From Nitrospirota bacterium (GTDB lineage Bacteria; Nitrospirota; JACRHJ01), in assembly GCA_963845245.1 (NCBI GenBank), contig CAWJRJ010000016.1, positions 32,001 to 96,000 of the forward strand: a stretch of 64,000 nucleotides of DNA, in the 5' to 3' direction. The notes beneath the pieces were generated by a model that was given only the letters and a program-made list of their open reading frames with translations, was not told the DNA's origin and did not search any database. The position numbers and the translations under genes are program-made. Below, in pieces: positions 19,203-29,511 of this stretch (position 1 is the stretch's first letter; each line of letters starts with the position of its first letter).

Positions 19203-20159
19203 GTGAGGAGAATTATAGTTTTAGCGATCATTATTGCCATGACCGCTTGCTTCTTATGGTTATGTTTTTGCCGCTGAGCAGGACATGACGGCGGAGGCGC
19301 AGGTTGCTCAAACAGTCGAGGCTTCTGATGCTGCGGCAGGAGTCGAAGGCGACCGGTTACGTTCAAATGCCCCAACTGCGGGGAGACAATCAATATCGGG
19401 CGGCACGGGCAGGCAAGCGGCGAGACGATGAAGTGCCCCCACTGCGGCAAAGAAATATGCACAAAGGAAGAGGCGGAGAAAGGCGTCTGCTTCGGAGCGG
19501 ACATGGCCTTTATGAGCAAGTACGTCTCGCGTGCCGCTGACTATTACCGATGGCCCTGTATTTGAGCCAAACGTCTGGGCCTCGTACAAGGGTTTTACGG
19601 CAAGCGTCTGGGCGCAACATGGACCTTACAAACAGGAACAACCAACGTGCGGAGAGTTCACCGAATTGGACTTCACCCTCGACTATTCAACCAACGTTGG
19701 AAAGCTTGGCCTTTCAGGAGGGGCATATATTATGACCTTCTCCATACAGCGGCAAACGACACTGCGGAAGTCTACGCCGGGGTAGGCTACGACATGTTCC
19801 TGAAACCCAAGCTGGTCTGTTTATTACGACTTCTTGGCAGGCGGATGGCTTCTACGGCGTATTTTCGGTAGGCCACAGCTTCGACCTGCCCCAGCCCACG
19901 CCGTGGATGAAAGCCGTCGCTTGCGCTTTCCGGCCAGGTCGGCTGGGGTTCAAAGAACTACAACAGCTTTAACTGGGGTGCGGAACACAGCACGTTTACC
20001 GATATGGTTTTTACTGCCAGCCTGCCGGTATCAATTTCGGATTATTTCACGATTAAGCCTACCGTCAGCTATTCCACCGTCCTGGACAGGACAATCAGGA
20101 CAAAGAACTTTAAAAACGACAACGTGATATGGGGCGCGGTGCTTTCCGCGAGCCTGTAG
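19203..20159 (+). pseudogene. Outer-membrane beta-barrel (TorF/TIGR02001-like porin) with N-terminal zinc ribbon; multiply frameshifted, possibly by sequencing error
   Basis: AAGGAGG RBS and GTG 19203. Stitched frames give a signal peptide, FKCPNCG...MKCPHCG, MSKYVSR, DGPVFEPNVW, ELDFTLDYS, TAEVYAGVGYD, and an end at VIWGAVLSASL-TAG. Confidence 0.65.
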
Positions 20160-20170
20160 GGGAGGAAACG

Positions 20171-20851
20171 ATGCATATACCGGATGGATATTTGGGACCT
20201 CAGACATACGTGCCGCTTTACGGGGTGTCGATTGGTTTCTGGGCAGTCGCCCTGAAGAAAATAAAGAAAGAGCTTTCCGCGAAGCAGGTGCCGTACCTCT
20301 CGATGGCGGCGGCTTTTTCGTTTCTTATAATGATGTTCAATGTGCCGATACCCGGCGGTACGACCGGCCACGCGGTTGGAGGGGCGATAATAGCAATATT
20401 GCTGGGGCCATGGACTGCGGTAATTGCCGTGTCCGTCGCACTGATAATACAGGCCATCGTATTCGGCGACGGGGGGATTACGGCTATCGGGGCCAACTGC
20501 TTCAACATGGCCATAGTGCTGCCGTTTGTTTCCTACTGGATATTTAAACTCGTGAACGGAAACTCAAAGGATGGCGGAAGGATGTACATAGCATCGTTTC
20601 TTTCAGGGTACCTGGGTCTTGTCGTAGCTGCAACGCTCACCGGCATCGAGTTCGGTATCCAGCCTATGATTGCCACTGCCGCCGACGGTGCGCCCCTTTA
20701 TGCGCCATACCCGCTGTCGGTTGCGGTGCCGGCAATGGCAGTTGAGCATCTGATACTTTTCGGCCTGGTCGAAGGAATGGTTACGGCCTTGCTTGTAAAA
20801 TCCTTCGTAAAGAACGAGGCCGAGACCATGTTCGCTTTGAGGGAGGCATAA
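20171..20851 (+). CDS. Second nickel ECF S-component NikM
   Basis: MHIPDGYLGPQTYVPLYG, close paralog of the 14942 N-terminal domain; GGAGG RBS before ATG 20171. Confidence 0.92.
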   Translation: MHIPDGYLGPQTYVPLYGVSIGFWAVALKKIKKELSAKQVPYLSMAAAFSFLIMMFNVPIPGGTTGHAVGGAIIAILLGPWTAVIAVSVALIIQAIVFGDGGITAIGANCFNMAIVLPFVSYWIFKLVNGNSKDGGRMYIASFLSGYLGLVVAATLTGIEFGIQPMIATAADGAPLYAPYPLSVAVPAMAVEHLILFGLVEGMVTALLVKSFVKNEAETMFALREA

Positions 20852-20853
20852 TC

Positions 20854-21198
20854 ATGACTAAATTTCAAAAGAAGCTATGGACAGGCATCGGCATTATGGC
20901 GCTCATTTCACCGATAGGCATAATTCTTCCGGAAAAGTTCAAGGCCGGTGACGCCTGGGGAGAGTGGGGAACGGATACCATCAAAGAGATGCTCGGGTAC
21001 GTCCCGAAAGGGCTTGAGAGGCTGAGCGGACTTTGGAACCCGCCCATGCCGGATTACGGATTCAGGGGCGAGAACGCGGCCCCGGCTGTTCAGTATGGCG
21101 CCTATATCGTTTCCGGGATTTTAGGTATTGCCCTGGTCTGGCTTGTCGTGTTACTGATAAAAAAGACGTTGCTTAAACAGACGGAGGATGGCCAATAA
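20854..21198 (+). CDS. NikN/PDGLE-domain accessory membrane protein
   Basis: AGDAWGEWG...WNPPMPDYGF with two TM helices. Confidence 0.87.
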   Translation: MTKFQKKLWTGIGIMALISPIGIILPEKFKAGDAWGEWGTDTIKEMLGYVPKGLERLSGLWNPPMPDYGFRGENAAPAVQYGAYIVSGILGIALVWLVVLLIKKTLLKQTEDGQ

Positions 21199-21214
21199 TA
21201 TCCAGACTTTTAAC

Positions 21215-21243
21215 TTGACAACGAAGTACTGTTAGATTATATT
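21215..21243 (+). promoter_or_regulatory. Sigma70 promoter of the cbi operon
   Basis: TTGACA-N17-TATATT immediately before the riboswitch. Confidence 0.7.
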
Positions 21244-21249
21244 TTAAAA

Positions 21250-21415
21250 AGTTTTGGTGCCCTTAACCGGGCTTAATAGGGAATCCTGTTAAAATCAGGA
21301 GCGGATCCGCCGCTGTAACCGGTGACGAAACCCAATTAGATGCCACTGCCCCGTTTATCGGGGTGGGAAGGCGTGGGGAGTAGGAAGACCCGGGAGCCAG
21401 AAGACCTACCAGGAT
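21250..21415 (+). ncRNA. Cobalamin riboswitch
   Basis: GGTGCC...AATAGGGAATCCTGTTAAAATCAGGAGCGG...CCGCCGCTGTAA...GCCACTG...GGGAAGG...AGCCAGAAGACCTACC (B12 box), upstream of cbiM. Confidence 0.95.
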
Positions 21416-21489
21416 ATATCCCTAATTCAGTCTCCGACGATAAAGGAGTTTAGGGCGCACAATATACAGGGTGGATTATAAAAACGGAT

Positions 21490-21528
21490 AATCCCCCCAG
21501 GCCTTTAAGGCTGTGGGGGGATTTTTTT
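21490..21528 (+). terminator. Riboswitch expression-platform terminator
   Basis: AATCCCCCC...GGGGGGATT stem followed by a T run. Confidence 0.8.
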
Positions 21529-21559
21529 GTTTCTTCAGAATTTTTAACGGAGGTGTGAA

Positions 21560-22310
21560 GTGAGTGGAAAACGCTTTGTTGTCATAGGTGCAGCCCTTAT
21601 GCTTTTTGCAATACCTGCTAATGCGCATGCGATGCACATCAGCGAGGGAATACTGCCGTTCAACTGGGCGGCGTTATGGTTTGCCGTGGCGACGCCTTTT
21701 GTGGCCATGGGGCTTTATAAACTTAAAAAGGACAAGACCGTCGGCAGGATAAAGCCGCTTCTCGGCATGGTGGCCGCGGCAATATTCATAATCTCTTGCA
21801 TGCCCATACCTGTGCCGACGGCAGGCACCTGCTCGCACCCGGCCGGGACCGCGATGGCGGCGATACTGATAGGGCCGTTGTACAGCATACTCGCCACGGC
21901 AGTAGCGCTTTTGCTCCAGGCGCTCTTCCTCGCGCACGGAGGCATAACCACCTGGGGGGCCAACATCACTTCCATGGGGATAGTCGGTTCCTTCGCGGGG
22001 TATGCGGTATTCAAGGGGCTTACAAAGCTCAACGTGTCTTTGGTGGTAGCGGCCTTCTTTGCCGGGGTCATCGGGGACTGGGCGACGTACACGACAACGT
22101 CTTTTGAGCTTGCCTCCGCCCTGCATGGGCCGGGTGAGTTTGCACGCCTGTTCTATACCATACTGCTCGCATTCGTGCCGACCCAGCTCCCGCTCGGCAT
22201 CCTCGAAGGCTTCATGACGGCGGGGGCGGTAAAGTTCCTGTACAGCCGCAGGCCGGAGCTTTTTGGAGCAAAGAGTATTAACGCCGGCGGTAAGGGAGGT
22301 GGAGGCATGA
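21560..22310 (+). CDS. cbiM: Cobalt ECF S-component CbiM with signal peptide
   Basis: AHA/MHISEGILP, TCSHPAG, AHGGITTWGAN. Removing one G near 22294 restores a TGA at 22308-22310 overlapping the cbiN ATG. Confidence 0.9.
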
Positions 22311-22593
22311 AAAAGATAGTACTCATTCTTGTATGTTCACTGATGTTGTGCCTTTCGGTTGTCGTTGGCTTATGCCGCCGAAGAAAAGTGGCCAGGGCGT
22401 GGACGACACGGTGGTGGAAAAATATGCCGAGGAGCATGGCCGTCCCCCAAAGCCACACCTTATAGAGCCTGAGGGCGATGCGCTGCTGTTCGCATTTCTG
22501 ATTGCGGGCGTCGTCGGAGGTTTCACTATGGGCTATTACTACCGGGATTTCATGGCAAAAAAGGGCGTCGAAGGAAAAACAAATGCGGGTTGA
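22307..22593 (+). CDS. CbiN-like accessory protein (frameshifted)
   Basis: MKKIVLILV signal, then GVDDTVVEKYAEEHGRPP...GDALLFAFLIAGVVGGFTMGYYYR in a shifted frame. Confidence 0.75.
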
Positions 22594-23347
22594 GACGTTC
22601 TCCGAATCCTACGTCAATAAAGACGGGTTTATACGGGGCATGGATTCCAGGGCCAAGATACTGTTTGTCGCGGCCTGCCTGCTGCTTGCCGTGGTCTCTT
22701 CAAACCCGGTGGTGCCGGTTACGGTTGGCGCGGTCTGCCTTGTGCTTGTTGCCGTGTCCGGCGCGCCTCTTTGGGCGGTGGCGCTTCGGATGTCCGAGCC
22801 GCTTATATTTGCCGCCATACTTGCGGCCATGCAGGTGTTTCTCACCCGTGGCGAAACTATTGCAAGCCTCGGCCTTTTCGGAATGTCCTTTTCAATCAGC
22901 GCAGTTGGGCTGCATAAGGGCATCCTGATAATGTCGAGGGTATTCGGCGCAGTGTCGTCCGTGCTTTTCCTCACCATGACGACGCCGGTACACAGGCTTC
23001 TCTCCGCCGCCGCAAGGCTCAGGGCGCCGAAGGCGCTCGTCGAGATATCGCTTTTCGCCTACCGGTATATTTTCGTTCTGATAGAGGACGCAATCACCAT
23101 ATACCATGCGCAGAAAGGGAGGCTTGGCTACGCAGGTTTTGGGCGCGGCATCAGGTCGCTGGCAACTCTTGCGGGCTCCGTGTTTCTCCGCGCGTTCAAC
23201 CAGGCCGAGGCGACCGGCGAGTCTATGGCCATGCGCGGGTATACCGGCGAGTACATACCTTCCTTCAATGAAAAACTCCGGCCACGTGATGCACTATTAC
23301 TTGGGACGCTTTTCTCTGTCTGCCTTGCCGTGAACCTATGGATGTGA
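22583..23347 (+). CDS. cbiQ: Cobalt ECF T-component CbiQ
   Basis: DSRAKIL, YRYIFVL, AQKGRLG, SMAMRGY motifs. Confidence 0.9.
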   Translation: MRVETFSESYVNKDGFIRGMDSRAKILFVAACLLLAVVSSNPVVPVTVGAVCLVLVAVSGAPLWAVALRMSEPLIFAAILAAMQVFLTRGETIASLGLFGMSFSISAVGLHKGILIMSRVFGAVSSVLFLTMTTPVHRLLSAAARLRAPKALVEISLFAYRYIFVLIEDAITIYHAQKGRLGYAGFGRGIRSLATLAGSVFLRAFNQAEATGESMAMRGYTGEYIPSFNEKLRPRDALLLGTLFSVCLAVNLWM

Positions 23348-24177
23348 TAACCGCAACAGGCCTTTCCTATTCCTACCCCGACGGCACAAAGGCGCTGGAG
23401 GACGTGAATTTCCGCGTCGGCAAGGGCGAGTTCATAGGCCTTCTCGCCTCGAACGGCTCCGGCAAGACTACGCTCCTTAAGATGCTCTCCGGCATGATAA
23501 AGCCCGAGAAGGGCGCTATCGAGGTGAACGGCAGGCCGCTCTCGAAGATTGCCCAGAAGGAGCTTTTCCGCATGATGGGGATGGTGTTCCAGAACCCCGC
23601 CGACCAGCTCTTCTCCGCGACCGTCGCGGACGACGTCGCCTTCGGGCCGACCAACATGGGGCTTCCTCAGGCGGAGATAGAGAAGCGGGTATCCGATGCG
23701 CTTGATGCCGTGGGTATACGCGAGCTTGCAAAAAAGCCGGTGCAGAGGCTGAGCTTCGGACAGCAGAAGCGCGCCTGCATCGCGGGGCTGCTCGCGATGG
23801 GGCAGGATATCATGCTGCTGGATGAGCCGACGGCGGGGCTCGACCCGATGGGCGAGTACAGGATAATGGAGCTTCTGATGAAGCTCAACCGCGAGAAGGG
23901 CATCACGATGGTGATGTCCACGCACAACGTGGACATGGTGCCGCTGTTTATAGACAGGCTCTATATACTGAGCAAGGGCAGGGTGGCCCGCGAGGGGACT
24001 CCCGCCGAGGTGTTCAACGCCTCGTCAGACCTCTCCGGCGTGAAGCTGCGGCTTCCGCAGATTGCCGAGCTTATCGAGCAGATGAAGGAGAAGGACTCGG
24101 TGCATTTCGAGAGGCTCCCGCTCACCATCGGCGAGGCACGGCGTGCGCTTGTAAAGAAGATGCCGGGGAGAGGGTAG
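23338..24177 (+). CDS. cbiO: Cobalt ECF ATPase CbiO
   Basis: SNGSGKTT, FQNPADQLF, LSFGQQKR, LLDEPTAGLDP. Confidence 0.92.
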   Translation: MDVITATGLSYSYPDGTKALEDVNFRVGKGEFIGLLASNGSGKTTLLKMLSGMIKPEKGAIEVNGRPLSKIAQKELFRMMGMVFQNPADQLFSATVADDVAFGPTNMGLPQAEIEKRVSDALDAVGIRELAKKPVQRLSFGQQKRACIAGLLAMGQDIMLLDEPTAGLDPMGEYRIMELLMKLNREKGITMVMSTHNVDMVPLFIDRLYILSKGRVAREGTPAEVFNASSDLSGVKLRLPQIAELIEQMKEKDSVHFERLPLTIGEARRALVKKMPGRG

Positions 24178-24178
24178 G

Positions 24179-24913
24179 TTAGTTTTTATTTGCCCCAGAT
24201 TCTAACAGTTCCTTTTCAATGCCGAGAGTACCGAGATCTTCCTCAGGCTTTGTAACCTCGTCCCTGAAGTTTCTGTACGGCAAACCATAATACTTAAGGG
24301 CACTCGGGCCGTCTTTGAACTTCCTTTGTGTAATAAATTCTTTATTAAGTGTGAATGTTAAGTTTTTGTTGTCCCATGTGTAGATACTTATTTTATATGT
24401 GTGCGGGTCGTAATGAGCCGCATCCCATTGAAATTCCCAGGTAATCATTCCATAGCCATATTTGCTGTTAATAAACCCGAGATAGATGCCGTTCTGGATG
24501 GACATAAAAATTGACTTGGGATTCAACAATGATATTTTCCCAGTCTTTTCCGATATAATTTTAATTTCAAAATTCACGTCAGACCCGCCCGGTGATACGG
24601 CAACGGCAAGCAATATAGGGTCTGGTAAACCTTTGATGTTAAAAAACCTGAAGCGAAGAAATGAATTGGTATATGCAAATTCATCAGCGGAGGTAAAAGA
24701 CTTGTCAAATTCTGCAGAAAATACAGTGTTCTTCCCATGCTGTAATATAATCATTGGAGGTTTGCCAAGTTCCTCAACTGCCATCGCAATCAAATCATCG
24801 TTGACCTTAAAATTAATTGATGCCGCTTGAGTTACCTTCGGCGATGCATAAGCTTGACCAGCCAATGCGAAGCTAAACAGGATGGCCACTATAGCTAATG
24901 ATATTATCTTCAT
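24179..24913 (-). CDS. Secreted hypothetical protein in visibly AT-rich DNA
   Basis: Signal peptide ending QAYA; no family recognised. Confidence 0.7.
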   Translation of the reverse strand: MKIISLAIVAILFSFALAGQAYASPKVTQAASINFKVNDDLIAMAVEELGKPPMIILQHGKNTVFSAEFDKSFTSADEFAYTNSFLRFRFFNIKGLPDPILLAVAVSPGGSDVNFEIKIISEKTGKISLLNPKSIFMSIQNGIYLGFINSKYGYGMITWEFQWDAAHYDPHTYKISIYTWDNKNLTFTLNKEFITQRKFKDGPSALKYYGLPYRNFRDEVTKPEEDLGTLGIEKELLESGANKN

Positions 24914-25083
24914 TATTTTTTTATCCCGTCATTGTCCAGCCGCTATTTTTGTTTTCTGCAATTCCTATGTTTACTTATAAAACAATTAGAACACACCGTC
25001 AAGAAGTATTACTTCAAATGAATATAATTGGTTTCAAATAACCTGTTTGACTTTCCCCTCCGTATAATCTAATCTTGAAACCC

Positions 25084-26289
25084 ATGCAAGCTTCCGCAAG
25101 ATTCTCCCGTATCATCATAATAGTCCTCGACGGCTTCGGTGTCGGCGAGCTGCCGGACGCAGCATTGTACGACGACGTCGGCTCGAACACGCTCGGCAAC
25201 ATGGCGCGGGTGCTGGGCGGGCTGTCACTTCCGAACCTCGAAGCGTTGGGCCTTGGCAACATCGGCGAGTTCGACGGAATAAAGAAGGTCACGGCCTGCA
25301 CCGGGTGCTTCGGCAAGATGGCCGAGGTCTCGGCGGGCAAGGACACCACCACCGGCCACTGGGAGATGACAGGCATACACCTGGACAAGCCATTCCCGGT
25401 ATACCCGCACGGCTTCCCGCCTGAAATAATCGAACCGTTCAAGAAGGCCATCGGCACGGACATCCTGGCAAACCACATGGCTTCCGGCATCGAAGTCATA
25501 GATAACTACGGGCAGCAGCACCTTGATACCGGCTTCCCCATCGTATATACATCAGTTGACAGCGTGTTCCAGATCGCAGCGCATAAAGATATCATACCAG
25601 TACCCCGACTTTATGAGATATGCCTGGAGGCCAGGCGGATACTCACCGGAAGGCACGGCGTCGGGCGTGTTATAGCCAGGCCGTTCGAGGGCAGGCCGGG
25701 CTCATTCAGGCGCACGTATGAGAGGAAGGACTTCTCGCTGATGCCGCCGGAGGACACACTGCTGGACATCGCGAGCAGTGCTGGGCTTCCTGTGGTTGGC
25801 ATAGGCAAGATAGAGGATATATTCTCCGGGCGGGGCTTGACGACGAAGGTGCATACCGAGGGAAACGCGGACGGGATGCGAAAGACGCTCGACGCGGTGA
25901 AAAAAACCGAGAAGGGCATTATATTTACAAACCTTGTGGACTTTGATATGCTGTTTGGACACAGGAACGACCCGGTAGGCTATTATGGGGCGCTCCGAGA
26001 GTTCGACGGCTGGCTTCCTGGGCTGATGGCGGAGATGAAAGCTGACGACCTGCTGTTTATAACCGCAGACCACGGCTGCGACCCGGTGACGCCTTCTACT
26101 GAGCATTCAAGGGAATACGTGCCGCTCCTCGTATATGGGCCGGGAATAAAAGGTGGGATAGACCTGGGGATACGCGAGACGTTCTCGGACCTTGGTGCGA
26201 CTGCCGCCGAGGCGCTGGGGTTGAGGTTTTCTAAGGGCAGCAGCTTGTTAAATAAGATAACGGCAGATTCTTCGCAGCGCCCAGATTGA
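25084..26289 (+). CDS. deoB: Phosphopentomutase
   Basis: [50 protein letters not shown]. Confidence 0.95.
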   Translation: MQASARFSRIIIIVLDGFGVGELPDAALYDDVGSNTLGNMARVLGGLSLPNLEALGLGNIGEFDGIKKVTACTGCFGKMAEVSAGKDTTTGHWEMTGIHLDKPFPVYPHGFPPEIIEPFKKAIGTDILANHMASGIEVIDNYGQQHLDTGFPIVYTSVDSVFQIAAHKDIIPVPRLYEICLEARRILTGRHGVGRVIARPFEGRPGSFRRTYERKDFSLMPPEDTLLDIASSAGLPVVGIGKIEDIFSGRGLTTKVHTEGNADGMRKTLDAVKKTEKGIIFTNLVDFDMLFGHRNDPVGYYGALREFDGWLPGLMAEMKADDLLFITADHGCDPVTPSTEHSREYVPLLVYGPGIKGGIDLGIRETFSDLGATAAEALGLRFSKGSSLLNKITADSSQRPD

Positions 26290-26319
26290 CAATTGGCGGG
26301 GCGGAGCCCGGCATGAAAG

Positions 26320-26353
26320 TTTCTTTGGTTACTTTCTTTTTAAAGAAAGCAAC
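26320..26353 (+). repeat. Short AT-rich palindromic REP-like element
   Basis: TTTCTTTG-GTTACTTTCTTT-TT-AAAGAAAGCAAC; related copies at 62061-62100 and 62123-62155. Confidence 0.6.
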
Positions 26354-26363
26354 AAGGGGTTTT

Positions 26364-27397
26364 TTGAATATACGACAACAGACTGAAGACATAGAGTTGC
26401 GGATATTGCACCCGAGGGCGGCGCGCGCTGCCGAATCGAAGGGACGCGCCAAGCCCGAGAAAGAGGGCATAATCCGCACCGCCTACCAGCACGACCGCGA
26501 CCGTATACTCCATTCAAAATCGTTCCGCAGACTGAAGCACAAGACGCAGGTGTTCCTCTCCCCTGAGGGCGACCACTACCGCACCAGGCTAACGCATACC
26601 CTGGAAGTAAGCCAGATAGCCAGGACGATTGCGCGCGCCTGAGGCTGAACGAGGACCTGACAGAGGCGATCGCGCTGGGGCACGACCTGGGGCATACGCC
26701 GTTCGGGCATGCGGGCGAGGCTGTGCTGAACGCCATATACAAGGACGGCTTCAACCACTACGAGCAGAGCCTGAGGGTGGTGGACGTGCTTGAGAAGGGC
26801 GGCCAGGGCCTGAACCTGACATTCGAGGTGCGGGACGGGATATTATGCCACTCGAAGGGCAAGGGCGGGGTCTTCACAAAGGACGCGAAGGGCCGCGCGG
26901 AGACGCTGGAAGGGCAGATCGTGCGGGTGGCGGACGGCATCGCATACGCCAACCACGACCTTGACGACGCAGTGCGGGCAAAGGTGATAAAGATATCAGA
27001 CGTCCCGGCCGGGATAATAAAGATCCTGGGCAACTCACATGCAAAGAGGATAGATACGATGGTCAAGGACGTGATTTTCTCGAGCCTTGACGGCGGCCTT
27101 GAGGAGATAAGGATGGGTGACGAGGTGCGTATCGCCACAGAGGAACTCCGGGCTTTTCTGTTTGAGAACGTATACGAGAACAAGGCCACCCATGTTGAAT
27201 TCATGAAGGCCACCAAGGTGCTGACCGACTTTTTCAATTACTTTATGGAGAACCCCGGCCCGTTCGACAGGCCCGGGCGTGAAGCCACAGATGACAGGGG
27301 CAGGCTGGTCTGCGACTTCATAGCGGGGATGACTGACAGGTACGCCCTGAAGCTCTACGAGGACCTGTTCATACCCAGACCCTGGGCGGAGCTTTAG
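26364..27397 (+). CDS. dgt: dGTP triphosphohydrolase-like HD protein (frameshift near 26640)
   Basis: [37 protein letters not shown], then [14 protein letters not shown] in the next frame, and [11 protein letters not shown]. Confidence 0.92.
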
Positions 27398-27398
27398 G

Positions 27399-28175
27399 AT
27401 GGAAGACAAGAAAAACTGCGTCGGCCCGCTTCTTAATGGCGACATACATTACTTCAGGCTCCCGGAGGTGCTGCAGCTTATTGCCATGCAGTGGCTCACC
27501 GGGCGGCTGTCCCTCCGCACTGAAGACAAGAGGGTCGATATCTATATCCGGAAAGGGAAGGTCGCCTTTGCGACGGGTGACGACAGGGGGGCGAACGAGC
27601 AGCTTGGCTCACTACTTGTAAGGATGGGCAAGCTCGACCAAGGTGCCGTGGATAGGGCTCTGGCCAAAAGCCGCGAGACAGGAGAAAAGCTGGGCAGGGT
27701 GCTTATAGAAAGCGGTGTGGCAGACAGAGACGTAATCCGTGCCGCACTTTTCAAGCAGACGGAACGCTCCATATACAAGGCCATGGGGTGGGGCGAGGGG
27801 AGCTTTTCCTTCGAGCGCTGCGCAATGCCGGATTTCGTAGAGGACATCCCACTCGAGCTGACGGTGGAAAGCCTGATACTCGAAGGAGTGCGGCGCATAG
27901 GCGAGGAGCGCGCAATAGCGGAGAAGATACCGAGCCTGAGCGTTATATTCACAAGGCCTATGTACACCCCGGAACAGCTCGAAGGCTTGGGCCTTAAAGG
28001 CCATGAGCGGCCGGTGCTGGAGCTTGTCGACGGCAAGCGTGATATCAAGGAGCTTATCAATATAAGCGGCCTTGGCGAGATAGATATGCTTAGGGCCCTT
28101 TTTGCGCTCTACTCCGCAGGATTTGTCAGGAAATACGAGCCCACCGCAAGCCCTTACCGCACCCAATACCTCTAG
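27399..28175 (+). CDS. DUF4388 (PatA-like N-terminal) domain protein
   Basis: LNGDI..FRLPEVLQLI...TGRL, LGSLLV/LGRVLI repeats, WGEGSFSF, LILEGVRRI, LVDGKR. Confidence 0.85.
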   Translation: MEDKKNCVGPLLNGDIHYFRLPEVLQLIAMQWLTGRLSLRTEDKRVDIYIRKGKVAFATGDDRGANEQLGSLLVRMGKLDQGAVDRALAKSRETGEKLGRVLIESGVADRDVIRAALFKQTERSIYKAMGWGEGSFSFERCAMPDFVEDIPLELTVESLILEGVRRIGEERAIAEKIPSLSVIFTRPMYTPEQLEGLGLKGHERPVLELVDGKRDIKELINISGLGEIDMLRALFALYSAGFVRKYEPTASPYRTQYL

Positions 28176-28306
28176 ACGCCCCTTAAAAAACAATTAATCA
28201 CAAAAACATTGATTTTAATTATGTTTTGTATTATAAATATCAATGGGATATTATCCATAGGTATGTCGCCATCTTATAGTTTTAGTTCATGGCTCGGGAG
28301 GGCTAA

Positions 28307-29431
28307 ATGGCTCACAAGCTTCTTTTGGCTGACGACAGCATAACGATTCAAAAAGTGGTTGAGCTGACACTTTCCGAAGAGGATTTTGAAGTCACGGCAG
28401 TCGGTGATGGTGAGTCGGCCCTTGAAGCCGCGAAAAAACTTGTACCGGATATTATCCTTGCCGACGTGTTCATGCCCAAGATGGACGGATACGAGCTTTG
28501 CGGAAAGCTCCGGCAGGAGCCCTCACTGAAGGGCATCCCGGTGATCCTGCTGGCCGGAACGTTCGAGAACTTCGATGACGCGCTCGCCGCGAAGGTCGGC
28601 GCGGACGACCACATCACCAAGCCGTTCGAGTCGGCCGAACTGATCGCAATGGTAAAAAGGCTTGTCGAAAGGCGCTCAGCGCCTCCTGTCCTGGAGGCTG
28701 AGCTAGTCGAAGATGCCCTGTTCGCCGATGAGATAATCGAAGCGGCGCCTGAGGCTGAGGCAGATGCAGACGACCTCTGGAGCGTCGTCGACATGGCCAG
28801 CGAAGAGCAGCCGTTATCCTCCGCTACTGAAATACTGTCAGAGGAAGACCTCTGGAAACGAGCCAACATCCATGAAGAGGAGGCCCCGTCCAATGCGCAG
28901 GAAGTAGGCATTGCCTGGGATGACCTGTCAGCCGAGCCACTGGAAGCTGAACCTGCAACGCTTGACGAGGATTTCCTCCCGGAGGTGCAGATAGAGGAAG
29001 AGTCTGCGATGGAGGCAACGGCAATCCTGAACCTGGACGATTTCGGCCCTGCGCCCGAATTTGCAGAAGCTGAAGATGAGGTTGAAGAAATCAGCGCCGT
29101 GGAGGTTGCCGACGAGCCTGAATCCACGCAGATTTTTTCCTTTGAGAACCTGAGTCAGGCTGCTTCGGAGAAAGAGTTCCTGCCCGAGCCCGAGCCCATC
29201 TCCATGCCTGCGCAGCGCCCGGTCCAGTCTGCCGCGCCGGGGATGTCTCAAGAAGCGATGCGAGAAGAGGTTGCGAGGGCGGTCCGCGGTATTATAGACC
29301 AGAAAGTAAAAGAGGCCCTTGCGGGCATAAGCAGGGAGATGATCGAGCAGGTCGTATGGGAGGTGGTCCCGGACCTGGCTGAAGAAATAATCGAAAGAGA
29401 AATACAGAAATTAAAAACAGGTGTTATCTGA
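28307..29431 (+). CDS. RomR-like response regulator (receiver, acidic linker, helical tail)
   Basis: LLADDSITIQKVVELT receiver; C-terminal ALAGISREMIEQVVWEVVPDLAEEIIEREI resembles the Myxococcus RomR tail. Confidence 0.85.
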   Translation: MAHKLLLADDSITIQKVVELTLSEEDFEVTAVGDGESALEAAKKLVPDIILADVFMPKMDGYELCGKLRQEPSLKGIPVILLAGTFENFDDALAAKVGADDHITKPFESAELIAMVKRLVERRSAPPVLEAELVEDALFADEIIEAAPEAEADADDLWSVVDMASEEQPLSSATEILSEEDLWKRANIHEEEAPSNAQEVGIAWDDLSAEPLEAEPATLDEDFLPEVQIEEESAMEATAILNLDDFGPAPEFAEAEDEVEEISAVEVADEPESTQIFSFENLSQAASEKEFLPEPEPISMPAQRPVQSAAPGMSQEAMREEVARAVRGIIDQKVKEALAGISREMIEQVVWEVVPDLAEEIIEREIQKLKTGVI

Positions 29432-29456
29432 AATAAAAAATGAGCAGTAGGTTTTG

Positions 29457-29492
29457 AAAACGGGTGAAGCTTAACGGTTCGCCCGTTTTTTT
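29457..29492 (+). terminator. Intrinsic terminator after the romR-like gene
   Basis: AAAACGGGTGAA...TTCGCCCGTTTT plus T run. Confidence 0.7.
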
Positions 29493-29511
29493 ATCAACCG
29501 CGGTTTTCATA

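Noticed and set aside
21188..21235. ATG overlapping the nikN end that could be a relic nikQ start (MANNI...)
   Set aside because: Only 15 codons, RBS spacing is poor, and the similarity is too short to support.
21560..22465. Apparent CbiM-CbiN fusion in the ORF track
   Set aside because: Removing one G in a short G run restores a normal ATGA stop/start overlap; likely an indel error.
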